Source: Candidatus Saccharimonadales bacterium | Lineage (GTDB): Bacteria; Patescibacteriota; Saccharimonadia; Saccharimonadales; 2-12-FULL-41-12 | Assembly: GCA_041906505.1 (NCBI GenBank) | Contig: JAYRJB010000002.1 | Span: forward strand, 2,363-66,362 | Direction of reading: 5' to 3' | Length of the DNA: 64,000 bases | In this document: one piece after another, positions 27,918 through 37,542 of the stretch | Numbering within the stretch: position 1 is the stretch's first letter | Layout of the letters: each line of letters opens with the position of its first letter | Program-made: the position numbers and the translations under genes | Notes under the pieces: model-generated | Told to the model about the DNA's origin: nothing | The model's input: the letters and a program-made list of their open reading frames with translations, nothing else | The model's database searches: none

Positions 27918-29555
27918 ATGATTAACAAAAATAAGGTGAAGAGACTAATAAAAAAGAACAAATACACGCATGCGGTTGCTAGAAAAGCAAAAGTTATACT
28001 TAGCCCACAATCTTTTATCAATCATGAAATTTATGAATTTGAGAGGTATTATCCTAGCGTCTCAGAGCTAGAATTACAGGTCCGAGGGTACAAAAATTTT
28101 AAATATTGCCCAACCATCAGCGTAGTGGTTCCTACATATAACACAAATGAAAAATTTTTAAGAGAGTGTATAGAAAGTGTGGTAAAACAGAGTTACCCTA
28201 ACTGGGAGCTTTCAATCGCAGATGATGCATCACCTAATAAAAATGTAATTCAAATTATCAAAGAGTACCAGAAAGTCGATAGGAGGATAAAACTAACTGC
28301 CCGGGGATCTAATGGCCATATTAGCGTTGCTTCAAATAGCGCCATCAATAATGCATCTGGCGAATTTATTGCCTTATTAGATCATGATGATGTTCTGTGG
28401 CCGAATGCTTTATTTGAAATAGTAAAAAAAATTAATGAGAACCCGGATGCAGACTTAATATATACCGACGAAGATAAGATAGACACCAATAGTAGAGTAC
28501 ACTCTTACCCCTTTTTTAAGCCTAACTGGAGTCCTGAATTTTTGGAAAGCTGTAACTATATAACTCACTTTTCATGTATCCGTAGAGAGATAGTAGAGAA
28601 AATAGGTGGTTTTAGGAAAGGTTATGAAGGCGCTCAAGACTGGGACATGTTTATAAGAGTGGCAGAGATCACTGAGCATATATACCACATCCCTAAAGTC
28701 CTATATAGTTGGAGGGTTCATGAAGCTTCTACAGCCCAAGATACCGACGCAAAACCATACGTGTATGAAGCTCAAAAAAAATTATTGGAGGACCATATTC
28801 AGCGAATGGGCAAAAAGGGTGAAGTAAACGTAGGTCTGATTTGGCAACATAGCGTAATTGAGTATGAAGTAGAGGGTGATCCTAAAGTAGGAATACTCTT
28901 TGACGGCGATAAACCAACTAAAGAAATCGTCAACCGCTTAAAAAATGCAGGTTACGATAGATTTGAAATAATTTGTGTAGGTAAAAATTATAAAAATATT
29001 AAAGCAGTACTTAATAACCCCAAAGCTGATTATTATTTGATTTATCCATCCGGCTTCGAAATTGTTTCCAAGAACTGGTTAAACCTGCTGCTGGCAGATG
29101 CGCAAATAGAAGGAGTGGGGGTGGTAGGAGGCAGGATTGTGGATGAGAGAAAAGAAGAGATTATATCTGCGGGAGTCGCGTTTGGTTTAGGCAAAGGTCA
29201 AGCTACTTTACTGCAAGGCTACCCTATAGACGACAATCACTACATGAGAGCTTTATATGGTAAAAGCAGAAGGAACATTAGCGCTGTGAATGGGCCCATT
29301 ATTCTGAAATCAGAAGTATTAAGCAAAATAAACAACCTCCAACTAGACTTTTCCAACTCTGTCGAAGTATGTTTAGCTGTATTGAGCGAAGGCTTCAGAA
29401 ATATATATAGCCCATATGTAAGCAGCATAATAATGCCAAATAACAATAGATCTGTATTACAAAAGCTTACTGCAAGAAATTGGAGTATGTATTTAAAAAA
29501 CGACCCTTATATTAACCCAAATTATAATAAAGCAAGTGGTAATTTAGAAATCTAG
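27918..29555 (+). CDS. Glycosyltransferase family 2 (extended, two-lobed)
   Basis: 545 aa. ISVVVPTYNTNEKFLRECIESVVKQSYPNWELSIADDAS and LLDHDDVL (the DXD motif). Confidence 0.8.
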   Translation: MINKNKVKRLIKKNKYTHAVARKAKVILSPQSFINHEIYEFERYYPSVSELELQVRGYKNFKYCPTISVVVPTYNTNEKFLRECIESVVKQSYPNWELSIADDASPNKNVIQIIKEYQKVDRRIKLTARGSNGHISVASNSAINNASGEFIALLDHDDVLWPNALFEIVKKINENPDADLIYTDEDKIDTNSRVHSYPFFKPNWSPEFLESCNYITHFSCIRREIVEKIGGFRKGYEGAQDWDMFIRVAEITEHIYHIPKVLYSWRVHEASTAQDTDAKPYVYEAQKKLLEDHIQRMGKKGEVNVGLIWQHSVIEYEVEGDPKVGILFDGDKPTKEIVNRLKNAGYDRFEIICVGKNYKNIKAVLNNPKADYYLIYPSGFEIVSKNWLNLLLADAQIEGVGVVGGRIVDERKEEIISAGVAFGLGKGQATLLQGYPIDDNHYMRALYGKSRRNISAVNGPIILKSEVLSKINNLQLDFSNSVEVCLAVLSEGFRNIYSPYVSSIIMPNNNRSVLQKLTARNWSMYLKNDPYINPNYNKASGNLEI

Positions 29556-29565
29556 AGAAGTAAGG

Positions 29566-31995
29566 ATGAAGCGAGAAATCAGATCCAAGTTAAAGCATGT
29601 TGTGAGAAAATCTGCCCGCAAGGCCAAGAGTCTTATTGCGGATAGGGCAGACTATATTTATCACATCGACAGTCCAAAAAGTAGTACTGTGCCAAAAAAA
29701 CTTACGACAGTAGACGGGTGGATTATCCCCAAGAAGTCTGGCTTAAGCATTCAAGGCGTGAGAGTCGTGAACGGGGAAAATATTTATCAAGCAAAATACG
29801 GATTCAAACGAGCTGACGTAGCTAGTTCAAATTTCAGACTTGATCCCAAAAAAGCATTGCATAGCGGCTTCTCAGTTGAATTTGAGCTAGAAGACGACAG
29901 AACCTTCTTGGAAGTTGATTTTGGTAAGGGCTACAAAAGAATAAAAAGCTGGGAATTAATTTATTCACAAGAAAAACTAGTAAGAGATTATTATAATCCT
30001 AACTTGGCGATTAATTATGCGGAACACCAGAATTTAATTGAAAACAAGAAAGCATATTTTTATGAAGAGGCTTCAGAACACAGCTATGCTAGAGGAAAGA
30101 ATGATCCTAAACTGCTTGCGTTTTATCTACCGCAATTTCACGCTATAAAAGAGAATAACGAGGTATGGGGAGAGGGCTTTACAGAATGGACTAACGTTGC
30201 GACTGCAACACCGAGATTTGTAGGTCACCAACAGCCTTTACTGCCAAAAGATTTAGGGTTTTATGACTTAAATTTAGAACAGAATATAAAAAACCAAATT
30301 GATCTAGCAAAAAAATATGGAATTTATGGGTTTTGTTTTTACTACTATTGGTTTAGTGGCTATCGATTGTTAGAAAAGCCACTGAATAGTTTTTTAAAGC
30401 ATAAAGAGTGGGATTTTAATTTTGCCATTTGTTGGGCCAATGAGAACTGGACAAAACGTTGGGATGGTCGTGACAACGAGATTATCGTAGCGCAACAGTA
30501 TCGAGATGAAGACCCACTTGAGTTTATTAAAGATGTTGAACATATTCTTACCGACAGCCGTTATATCAACGAAAACAGTAAGCCAGTTCTACTTGTGTAT
30601 AGAGCCTCTGAGCTAAAAGACCCTGCTAGATACGCCAGAGTGTGGCGGGAGTATTTCAAAGACAACTATGCCAAAGAGCTCCAGCTAGTGTCAGTTCTCA
30701 GTTTTGACGACCAAGACCCTCGCGAGTATGGGTTTGATGCTGGGTTGGATTTTGCCCCACTAACGACTTTTTTTAAGCATAGAGTATTTGAAGGCAATAA
30801 GCTGCCTTTTATTGATGTTGGTAAAAAATTGATAGACCCTAACTTTGAGGGGGTGGTAGCTGACTACAGAGAAGTTGCACTGAATAATAGGTTGTATGAG
30901 GCTTTCGACTTCCCGACATATAAGTCAGTCATGCCTTCTTGGGATAATGATGCGCGCAAAAAAGGAAAAGGCTTTGTGTATTATGGTGCCAACACTGACA
31001 TTTATTCAACTTGGCTAGATAGGGTGATTAATATGGAAAAACAAAAATCAAAAAGTCCACTAATTTTTATAAATGCATGGAACGAATGGGCAGAAGGTAC
31101 AGTGGTTGAACCAAGCGACAGTCTTGGTCACAGTACATTAAAGCGTACGGCCGAAGTACTAGCATTGCATAGTAGCAACCCGGAAAATACAGAGAAATTC
31201 CCGCTGTTCGAAATCAAAAAAAATTCTGATCTTGCTGTTGTTATTCATCTTTACTATCCTGAGCGCTGGAAACAGATCAACAATAAACTAAAGGTTCTTG
31301 ATAGACATGGATATGATTTATTTATTACCTTAAATGAAAAAGACAAGGATTTAAAAAATAATCTTGAGGATGCTCACCCTAACTGCAAAGTGATTATTGT
31401 GCCCAATCGAGGAAGAGATGTACTGCCTTTTGTCATATTAGGAAAGAGGCTCAAACTGCATCGGTATAAATATGTGCTAAAACTACACTCTAAAAAATCC
31501 AAACATCGTGATGATGGGGATGAATGGTTTGACGACCTCATTGGCAAGTTACTGCCAGAATCGTCACAAATTATTGATGATATTTTAAAAACCCTAGACC
31601 GAGAAAAAACACTGATTGGACCTTCGGGGCATATCATTAATTTAAGAACATTTATGGGGAGCAATGAGACGCATATGCATCACGTGCTCTCAAAGACGAG
31701 AGACAAAAGATTTGCCAACAATGTAATTAATAATAGCAAGAACCATGCTTACATAGCGGGCACTATGTTTTGGGCGAGTTTTGGTGCCCTTGAGGGTCTG
31801 TTTGATCTTCACCTTAAGCCCGAAGATTTCGAATATGAAAAAGGACAGATAGACGGTACTTTAGCCCATGCAATAGAAAGAACTTTATCAATTTTACCTT
31901 TGATGAACAAGAGCAAGCTTTACCAATCAGACGGTAAAGTAATAAGAGAGGTGACGGGCTTGGATGTCGCAAAAAATTACAAATTTACTAAATAA
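29566..31995 (+). CDS. Fusion protein: WbsX-like glycosyl hydrolase/transferase domain plus an RgpF-like (rhamnan synthesis protein F) domain
   Basis: 809 aa. LLAFYLPQFHAIKENNEVWGEGFTEWTNV and AICWANENWTKRWDG are typical of the WbsX family. The C-terminal DLAVVIHLYYPERW...VPNRGRDVLPF is typical of RgpF. Confidence 0.65.
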   Translation: MKREIRSKLKHVVRKSARKAKSLIADRADYIYHIDSPKSSTVPKKLTTVDGWIIPKKSGLSIQGVRVVNGENIYQAKYGFKRADVASSNFRLDPKKALHSGFSVEFELEDDRTFLEVDFGKGYKRIKSWELIYSQEKLVRDYYNPNLAINYAEHQNLIENKKAYFYEEASEHSYARGKNDPKLLAFYLPQFHAIKENNEVWGEGFTEWTNVATATPRFVGHQQPLLPKDLGFYDLNLEQNIKNQIDLAKKYGIYGFCFYYYWFSGYRLLEKPLNSFLKHKEWDFNFAICWANENWTKRWDGRDNEIIVAQQYRDEDPLEFIKDVEHILTDSRYINENSKPVLLVYRASELKDPARYARVWREYFKDNYAKELQLVSVLSFDDQDPREYGFDAGLDFAPLTTFFKHRVFEGNKLPFIDVGKKLIDPNFEGVVADYREVALNNRLYEAFDFPTYKSVMPSWDNDARKKGKGFVYYGANTDIYSTWLDRVINMEKQKSKSPLIFINAWNEWAEGTVVEPSDSLGHSTLKRTAEVLALHSSNPENTEKFPLFEIKKNSDLAVVIHLYYPERWKQINNKLKVLDRHGYDLFITLNEKDKDLKNNLEDAHPNCKVIIVPNRGRDVLPFVILGKRLKLHRYKYVLKLHSKKSKHRDDGDEWFDDLIGKLLPESSQIIDDILKTLDREKTLIGPSGHIINLRTFMGSNETHMHHVLSKTRDKRFANNVINNSKNHAYIAGTMFWASFGALEGLFDLHLKPEDFEYEKGQIDGTLAHAIERTLSILPLMNKSKLYQSDGKVIREVTGLDVAKNYKFTK

Positions 31996-33931
31996 AATAA
32001 AGACCTTTATCCAACCGAATACAGTACAAGTCGATTTTTTCTTGCTCATAGGAACCATTTTTTTGAGTCTCTTATTTACGTTATCCCCAACACTCCTAGG
32101 GTTATCGTACGGGAACCTTGACCCATCATTTAATTACGGAGTAAATAGAGCGGAGATAGAAGGGAAGTCATTTGGCACAGAATATATATCCACTTACGGG
32201 CCTCTTGGCTACATATTTGCTAATTATCTTCCCGAAAATCTTTTAAAAGTTAGTATTTTCAATCTAATCTATTCTGTATTACTAGGTTTAGGGGTCTATT
32301 TACTGGTTAGGTTTTATCAGAGAGGGTTGAAACGACGCATACTTTATATCATCGGGGTGTTGTATGTGATGTCGATGACCGTTGGCGTATTTATTAACGA
32401 ATGGAACCTTTTGGCTTTGTTTATCATCTATGCATTGGTTTATCAGAAAATGAACAGAAATATATATAGGAAACTACTGTATATATCATTATTTATCGTG
32501 GCGGGGATCTTTTCTTTTATTAAGTTTACACTTGGGTTCGGCGCTCTAGCGACAGTACTAATTTTAGCTGCTACCCACGATCTCAAAAGTATTAAAAAAC
32601 GGACCTACATTCTTCAAATTTTAGTTGGTCTAGCATGTTATGCAATAACTATTGTTATCGCGGCAAATATTCTGCAAATTGATAGTGTTACTGAGTACTT
32701 TAAAACCGCAGTGATTATAACTTCGGAGTTTAGTGCTGCCATGGCTCAGTTTGATCCTCAAACGCTGCCAGCGACTATATTTATTGGGGCATCATTACTT
32801 ACGTTATTTGCGTGGCCTATGCTAAGAGAGCCTATTCATAAGAAGGCTCTTTATCTCATGTTATTACCAGGGCTATACTTAATTTGGAAATACGCAGTTG
32901 CAAGACAAGATGGACACTTACTTTATGCATTGCAGTTTACAATTCCGCTAGCGGCAATCATCCTAACTACCTTATCTCGTATTAGGCCCAGAGACTATCT
33001 AGTCGTTGCCAGCATATGTGTGGGTAGCAGCTTTGCTGTCATAGCTAATAAGCTTCCATTTTATGACTACCCTAGTCTAAGTTCCACAATACTTTCCCCT
33101 ATAAGCAATATACGAAATAAAGATTTCGTAAACTTCTTTAAGCTAGATTCTCAAAAAATAATACAAGCTGCCAATACGGAAGTATATTTAAGAGATGCCC
33201 AATTGCCCGAATCAATGAAGAAAATTATTATTAATAATACGGTCGATATCTACCCTTGGGAAACGGCAATAATAGAAGCAAATAATTTACGGTGGGCGAA
33301 CAGACCCTCTCCATATTCGTTTGAAACATATAGTCCGTATTTTGATAATTTGAATGCTGATTTTATAAAATCAGATAGATCTCCTAACTACATAATTTGG
33401 CACCATACTGGGGATAACGGGATAACAGGAGTAGACTTTAGAAACGTCGTCTGGGATGAACCAAAATTTATGCGCGAACTATTGGGGAGATATTCATACT
33501 TAGAGAGTAATGAAAAGTTTATTCTTCTGAAGAAAAAAGATAGCCCAACCCCAAAGCAATCTAAGAATGAACCCGAAACAATTCGTCTTGGGTCTGATGG
33601 ATGGTTCCGTATATCATCAACTGGCTATGATTTACAATATATTAGCTTTAAAGACGTTGCAGATAATCTATCAGATAATTTATCCACTATGCTTATAAGG
33701 CAAGAGCCGTACTTCATCCAAATAAAGAGAAGCAATGGAAACTTGGAGACTTACAGATTTGTGACAAAAAATAGTGAACATGGCTTTTTGATAGACGAGG
33801 TTCCTAAGGACTGGGAGAGCCTCAATCAATTGCTAAGGGATGAAGAACTAAGTAGTGTGACGCAATTCCGAGTAGTTAATAAAAAGCATGAAAATATTAT
33901 TAATGAAGTTCAATTATCAAAGCTCTACTAA
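31964..33931 (+). CDS. Polytopic membrane protein with a C-terminal soluble domain (GT-C-like architecture, function unknown)
   Basis: 655 aa. About 11 TM segments in the first ~400 aa are followed by a ~230-aa hydrophilic domain. Overlaps the upstream gene by 32 nt. No motif recognised. Confidence 0.5.
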   Translation: MSQKITNLLNKIKTFIQPNTVQVDFFLLIGTIFLSLLFTLSPTLLGLSYGNLDPSFNYGVNRAEIEGKSFGTEYISTYGPLGYIFANYLPENLLKVSIFNLIYSVLLGLGVYLLVRFYQRGLKRRILYIIGVLYVMSMTVGVFINEWNLLALFIIYALVYQKMNRNIYRKLLYISLFIVAGIFSFIKFTLGFGALATVLILAATHDLKSIKKRTYILQILVGLACYAITIVIAANILQIDSVTEYFKTAVIITSEFSAAMAQFDPQTLPATIFIGASLLTLFAWPMLREPIHKKALYLMLLPGLYLIWKYAVARQDGHLLYALQFTIPLAAIILTTLSRIRPRDYLVVASICVGSSFAVIANKLPFYDYPSLSSTILSPISNIRNKDFVNFFKLDSQKIIQAANTEVYLRDAQLPESMKKIIINNTVDIYPWETAIIEANNLRWANRPSPYSFETYSPYFDNLNADFIKSDRSPNYIIWHHTGDNGITGVDFRNVVWDEPKFMRELLGRYSYLESNEKFILLKKKDSPTPKQSKNEPETIRLGSDGWFRISSTGYDLQYISFKDVADNLSDNLSTMLIRQEPYFIQIKRSNGNLETYRFVTKNSEHGFLIDEVPKDWESLNQLLRDEELSSVTQFRVVNKKHENIINEVQLSKLY

Positions 33932-33944
33932 ATAAACGTATATT

Positions 33945-35600
33945 CTAAGGCCCAACACGAGGTACAACCGCACCGTCTGGCGTTACGGAAGGGTAAGCTG
34001 TTAGTCGATAGTCAACTAATTGCTGAAATCCACTTTCAGCGCTGTAAGTTATTGATTCTGTCTTGCCAGAAGCATGATTCATGCGAAGGAAACTTAAGCC
34101 ACCATCCAGTTTGAAAACAGGTATTACTGACCCATTAGGCGCAGTGGCTGGATACGGGACTAAGCGATAGTTTGCTATCGCTTGATAGTTCCAAGCAGCG
34201 CTATACGACACCAACTCTGTCTTGCCAGAAGCATGGTTTAATCGGATAAACACGAGGTCACCATTTGGCCAGAACATCGGGATCACTGATCCATCTGGTG
34301 TAGTGGCTGGATATGGAAGTAGCTGATAATTTACCATTTGCTGAAATCCACTGCTAGCGCTATACGACACCAACTCTGTCTTGCCAGAAGCATGGTTTAA
34401 TCGGATAAACACGAGGTCACCATTTGGCCAGAACATCGGGATCACTCCATTGTCATTAGGTGTGGCTGGATACGGGACTAAGCGATAGTTTGCTATCGCT
34501 TGATAGTTCCAAGCAGCGCTATACGACACCAACTCTGTCTTGCCAGAAGCATGGTTTTTGCGAATAAATACGGCATCGCCATTTGGCCATAGCACAGGAA
34601 CAACATTACCGTCTGCTGACACAGCTGGGTAAGCCGTAAGGACATTCTTAGATATATAGCTGTACAAGCCAATTGACGGTGTAGCCACGAGTTCAGCTTT
34701 GCCCGATACATGATTTAGGCGAATGAAATTGAGTTGATCTAATCTATCGTTGCCGCTTAAAGTCGGCCCAAACCAATCACGATATAGCCGCCAAAAATTA
34801 CGGTTTCCGTAAGCACCACAACCGTCACCTGTTCCATAAAGATTGGCTAAGGCTGAAGCGTTTGGCTGGTAAGGGGTGTAGTTGTATAGACCAGCAGTAG
34901 CTTGATTCTCAATAAAAACATTAGTGCCACCACACCCAGCGTTAGGATTGTATTGTATATAATTGACTCTTCCGCTTCGGTACCTAAAAAGACTATCGTC
35001 GCGTGCATACTTTTTGAATTGTCTAGCAGCATAGTACACTTGATCAAAAAATGCACCGTATTGTGCATCACACGGAGCAGTATCAGGGCAGCCAAAACCA
35101 GTGGCACTATTATATTGAATACTCCATGGCCAATCATCTGTAACAAGGGATTGCTCCTTTTCTAGAAGCACAATCAAAACTTTCGGATTAACCCCGCACG
35201 CTTTACCCACATCGTAAATAATTTGTGAGGCAGACTTATAACCTCCACTATAAGTATTGCAAAGTGCTGTTTCGCTTGGTCTAGTTGAGGTGTTTTGCGA
35301 ATAATCCTTGAGACAAGTGAAGGGTGCTGAGTATCCTCTGGATGCAGCGTATGCTGCTCTAGTAGTTCCTCCGTAAGGCTGAGATCCGTTAGTATCGCAG
35401 TTTGGAACTTTACTGTTGAGAAAAGCTTGGATTCCAGCTGCGTCCACTGTGTTAGGGTTGAAAAATACACCGTCGTCTATAATTCGACTTGCTTGAAACT
35501 CAGATCCTGATAATGCTGAGACTCTTTGGAGGCTTAGGCCAACTGTTAAGCAAATGGAAGATAGGGCTAGAAAAGTGGCTAGAGCGATTAGTCGTTTCAT
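33945..35600 (-). CDS. Secreted protein: N-terminal putative cell-wall glycosidase-like domain plus five 53-aa tandem repeats
   Basis: 551 aa with a signal peptide (MKRLIALATFLALSSICLTVGLS). The N-domain contains VLIVLLEKEQSLV and GFGCPD, which I recall weakly as lysozyme/glucosaminidase-like. The C-terminal repeats read FIR(L/K)NHASGKTELVSYSA...PMFWPNGDLV. Confidence 0.55.
   Translation of the reverse strand: MKRLIALATFLALSSICLTVGLSLQRVSALSGSEFQASRIIDDGVFFNPNTVDAAGIQAFLNSKVPNCDTNGSQPYGGTTRAAYAASRGYSAPFTCLKDYSQNTSTRPSETALCNTYSGGYKSASQIIYDVGKACGVNPKVLIVLLEKEQSLVTDDWPWSIQYNSATGFGCPDTAPCDAQYGAFFDQVYYAARQFKKYARDDSLFRYRSGRVNYIQYNPNAGCGGTNVFIENQATAGLYNYTPYQPNASALANLYGTGDGCGAYGNRNFWRLYRDWFGPTLSGNDRLDQLNFIRLNHVSGKAELVATPSIGLYSYISKNVLTAYPAVSADGNVVPVLWPNGDAVFIRKNHASGKTELVSYSAAWNYQAIANYRLVPYPATPNDNGVIPMFWPNGDLVFIRLNHASGKTELVSYSASSGFQQMVNYQLLPYPATTPDGSVIPMFWPNGDLVFIRLNHASGKTELVSYSAAWNYQAIANYRLVPYPATAPNGSVIPVFKLDGGLSFLRMNHASGKTESITYSAESGFQQLVDYRLTAYPSVTPDGAVVPRVGP
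33948..34727 (-). repeat. In-frame tandem repeats (159-nt unit, 318-nt super-unit) with 90-96-nt perfectly identical DNA blocks
   Basis: 34144-34239 is identical to 34462-34557 (96 nt). 34198-34287 matches 34357-34446 (about 90 nt). At protein level R2 resembles R4 and R3 resembles R5. Confidence 0.85.
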
Positions 35601-35605
35601 AACAC

Positions 35606-36172
35606 CTATTTTACCTCCACTTGCCTCTTCTCAGATACGCCGAAAGCAGTTGGTGAATCATAACTTACTTCAACTAACCAAGATCCTTTAGGATTAAAAT
35701 CACTAGCATTAGCGGACATAACAGGACAGTCTACAGAACTAACATTTTTATTGGCAGTCACCGATTTACTGAATGCAGAACTTCCTAGCTTGAATGTCGC
35801 AGTGCATTTGCCGCCGTCTTCAAAAATACCGGATACGTAGGCACCTATTTCTACTGACTGACCGTATTGTTGTGCGTATGTGATCGTAGGTTTAATTGAT
35901 TTTTTTGATCCGCTTGTATTGACTTGTTGGCTTTTAGATAAATCTTGTTGTTCAATAATCCTTTTTTTATTATCTTCAACTCGCTGTCTGTCCTCGTTAG
36001 TTGGAGGTGCTAGATTCAGTGGCTCAGTCTCATTTGTTTGGGCCGTGACTGGTTGGGCTGTTTTTTTTGGTTCGCGATTTAAATAGTAAACACTAAACAT
36101 AGTGCCTATTAGTAATGTAAAGATAGCGCAACAAACAATTATTTTTTTATTTATTTTTGTATTTTTGACCAT
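35606..36172 (-). CDS. Membrane-anchored hypothetical protein
   Basis: Start placed at ATG 36172 (MVKNTKINKKIIVCCAIFTLLIGTMF..., a signal anchor). The extracellular part has two Cys. No motif recognised. Confidence 0.45.
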   Translation of the reverse strand: MVKNTKINKKIIVCCAIFTLLIGTMFSVYYLNREPKKTAQPVTAQTNETEPLNLAPPTNEDRQRVEDNKKRIIEQQDLSKSQQVNTSGSKKSIKPTITYAQQYGQSVEIGAYVSGIFEDGGKCTATFKLGSSAFSKSVTANKNVSSVDCPVMSANASDFNPKGSWLVEVSYDSPTAFGVSEKRQVEVK

Positions 36173-36243
36173 ACTTTCTATAATATAGCAAAAAAAATGT
36201 ATTTTGTCTAGCAATCATCAAGAAATTGATACTATTTTCAGAT

Positions 36244-37533
36244 ATGTTGGTGAAAAGCTATAATCAATGGATGCGACTGAAAAACAGAAAATTAATAAAT
36301 GCTATTCTTGATCATAAAACCCAAGTTGTCATATTTTTCACAGGTTTCTTGATATTTTTTTCAAGGAATCCCGACAATATATTAAATGCACAATTTTGGG
36401 CTGAAGATGGAGTATCTTGGTTCGCCGACGCTCTAAATACCAACTATTCTATATCTACCTTATTCTACACATATACTGGGTACCTTACGGTTGTCCAGAG
36501 ACTCACAGCACTGATCTCGGGCATTTTTAGTTTATATTGGCAACCGTATGTATATAGCGTGATAGCTCTGTGTATACAATGTCTGCCTCTGGTGTACCTG
36601 TGGAGTACAAGAACAAACTTCATAACACAGAATATGAAGATATATATCTCTATTGTTTACGTATTGCTCCCGTTTACACAAGAAATTCATGGAAATATTA
36701 CAAACTCACAATGGTATCTCGCTGTATTGCTATTCATGTTGTTGTTTATAAAAGAATCCAAAAAACGCTCAACACGATTAGTCGACTGTTCTTTGATTAT
36801 AATTGCTAGTCTGTCTGGGCCATTTTCAATTTTTTTAACGCCGGTGGTGCTTTTTGAAATATATAGAAAAAAATCTATAGAGTTTAGGCACAAAATACTA
36901 ATCATCTGTGCGATTGTTCAAGCTGCATGCATGCTGTTCACCAGAAGCCCAAGCGAGAACATAAATATGGGGTATAGTATTACGAAACTTTTTAATATAA
37001 TTGCTGGACAGATTTTTGGTGCAGGATTGTATGGTACTGAAGCTTTAACTTCATTCACTTCCAAGCCTTGGGTAGGGCCGACAGTATCAATTCTGGGTAT
37101 ACAATTATTTATTTATATATTCATTAAATCAAACAAGTACCTAAGGTACTATTTAGTTTATTCTAGTTCTATTTTTTTAGCATCGCTTATCTCAGTGATA
37201 AAAATAGATCCAGGGTACAACTGGTGGTATTATTTTGGAACAGTAGGTTTTGGTGGTAGGTATTATTACTTATTACATTTAGGGGTATATATTGGACTTG
37301 GTTGGTTGGTCTTATCAACTAAAAAAATCAATAGCTTATTACGAGTAGTTGCCGCCATTATCATAATCTCATCACTACTGATAGGCGTACCGAGGGACTA
37401 CATGTATGAAAAAGCGGTAGACAGAAACTACAAAGGGTTTATTGACCAGTATTATGGGCTAGATAGTGGTCAATCAATGAGTATTCCTATTAACCCTGGA
37501 GGAGTGTGGCAGGCTATATTAATCAAAAAATAA
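36244..37533 (+). CDS. Polytopic membrane protein (GT-C/GtrC-like candidate, function unknown)
   Basis: The ORF is open from TTG 36226; ATG 36244 (MLVKSYNQWM) is preferred. More than 10 TM segments. Sits beside a GT2 polyprenol-phosphate glycosyltransferase and a methyltransferase. Confidence 0.5.
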   Translation: MLVKSYNQWMRLKNRKLINAILDHKTQVVIFFTGFLIFFSRNPDNILNAQFWAEDGVSWFADALNTNYSISTLFYTYTGYLTVVQRLTALISGIFSLYWQPYVYSVIALCIQCLPLVYLWSTRTNFITQNMKIYISIVYVLLPFTQEIHGNITNSQWYLAVLLFMLLFIKESKKRSTRLVDCSLIIIASLSGPFSIFLTPVVLFEIYRKKSIEFRHKILIICAIVQAACMLFTRSPSENINMGYSITKLFNIIAGQIFGAGLYGTEALTSFTSKPWVGPTVSILGIQLFIYIFIKSNKYLRYYLVYSSSIFLASLISVIKIDPGYNWWYYFGTVGFGGRYYYLLHLGVYIGLGWLVLSTKKINSLLRVVAAIIIISSLLIGVPRDYMYEKAVDRNYKGFIDQYYGLDSGQSMSIPINPGGVWQAILIKK

Positions 37534-37542
37534 CCTATAATT

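Noticed and set aside
33948-34727. Regularly spaced identical DNA blocks, considered as a CRISPR-like array
   Set aside because: The repeats are 159/318-nt in-frame coding units of one long ORF with conserved amino-acid periodicity. There are no short repeat/spacer alternations and no cas genes in the window.
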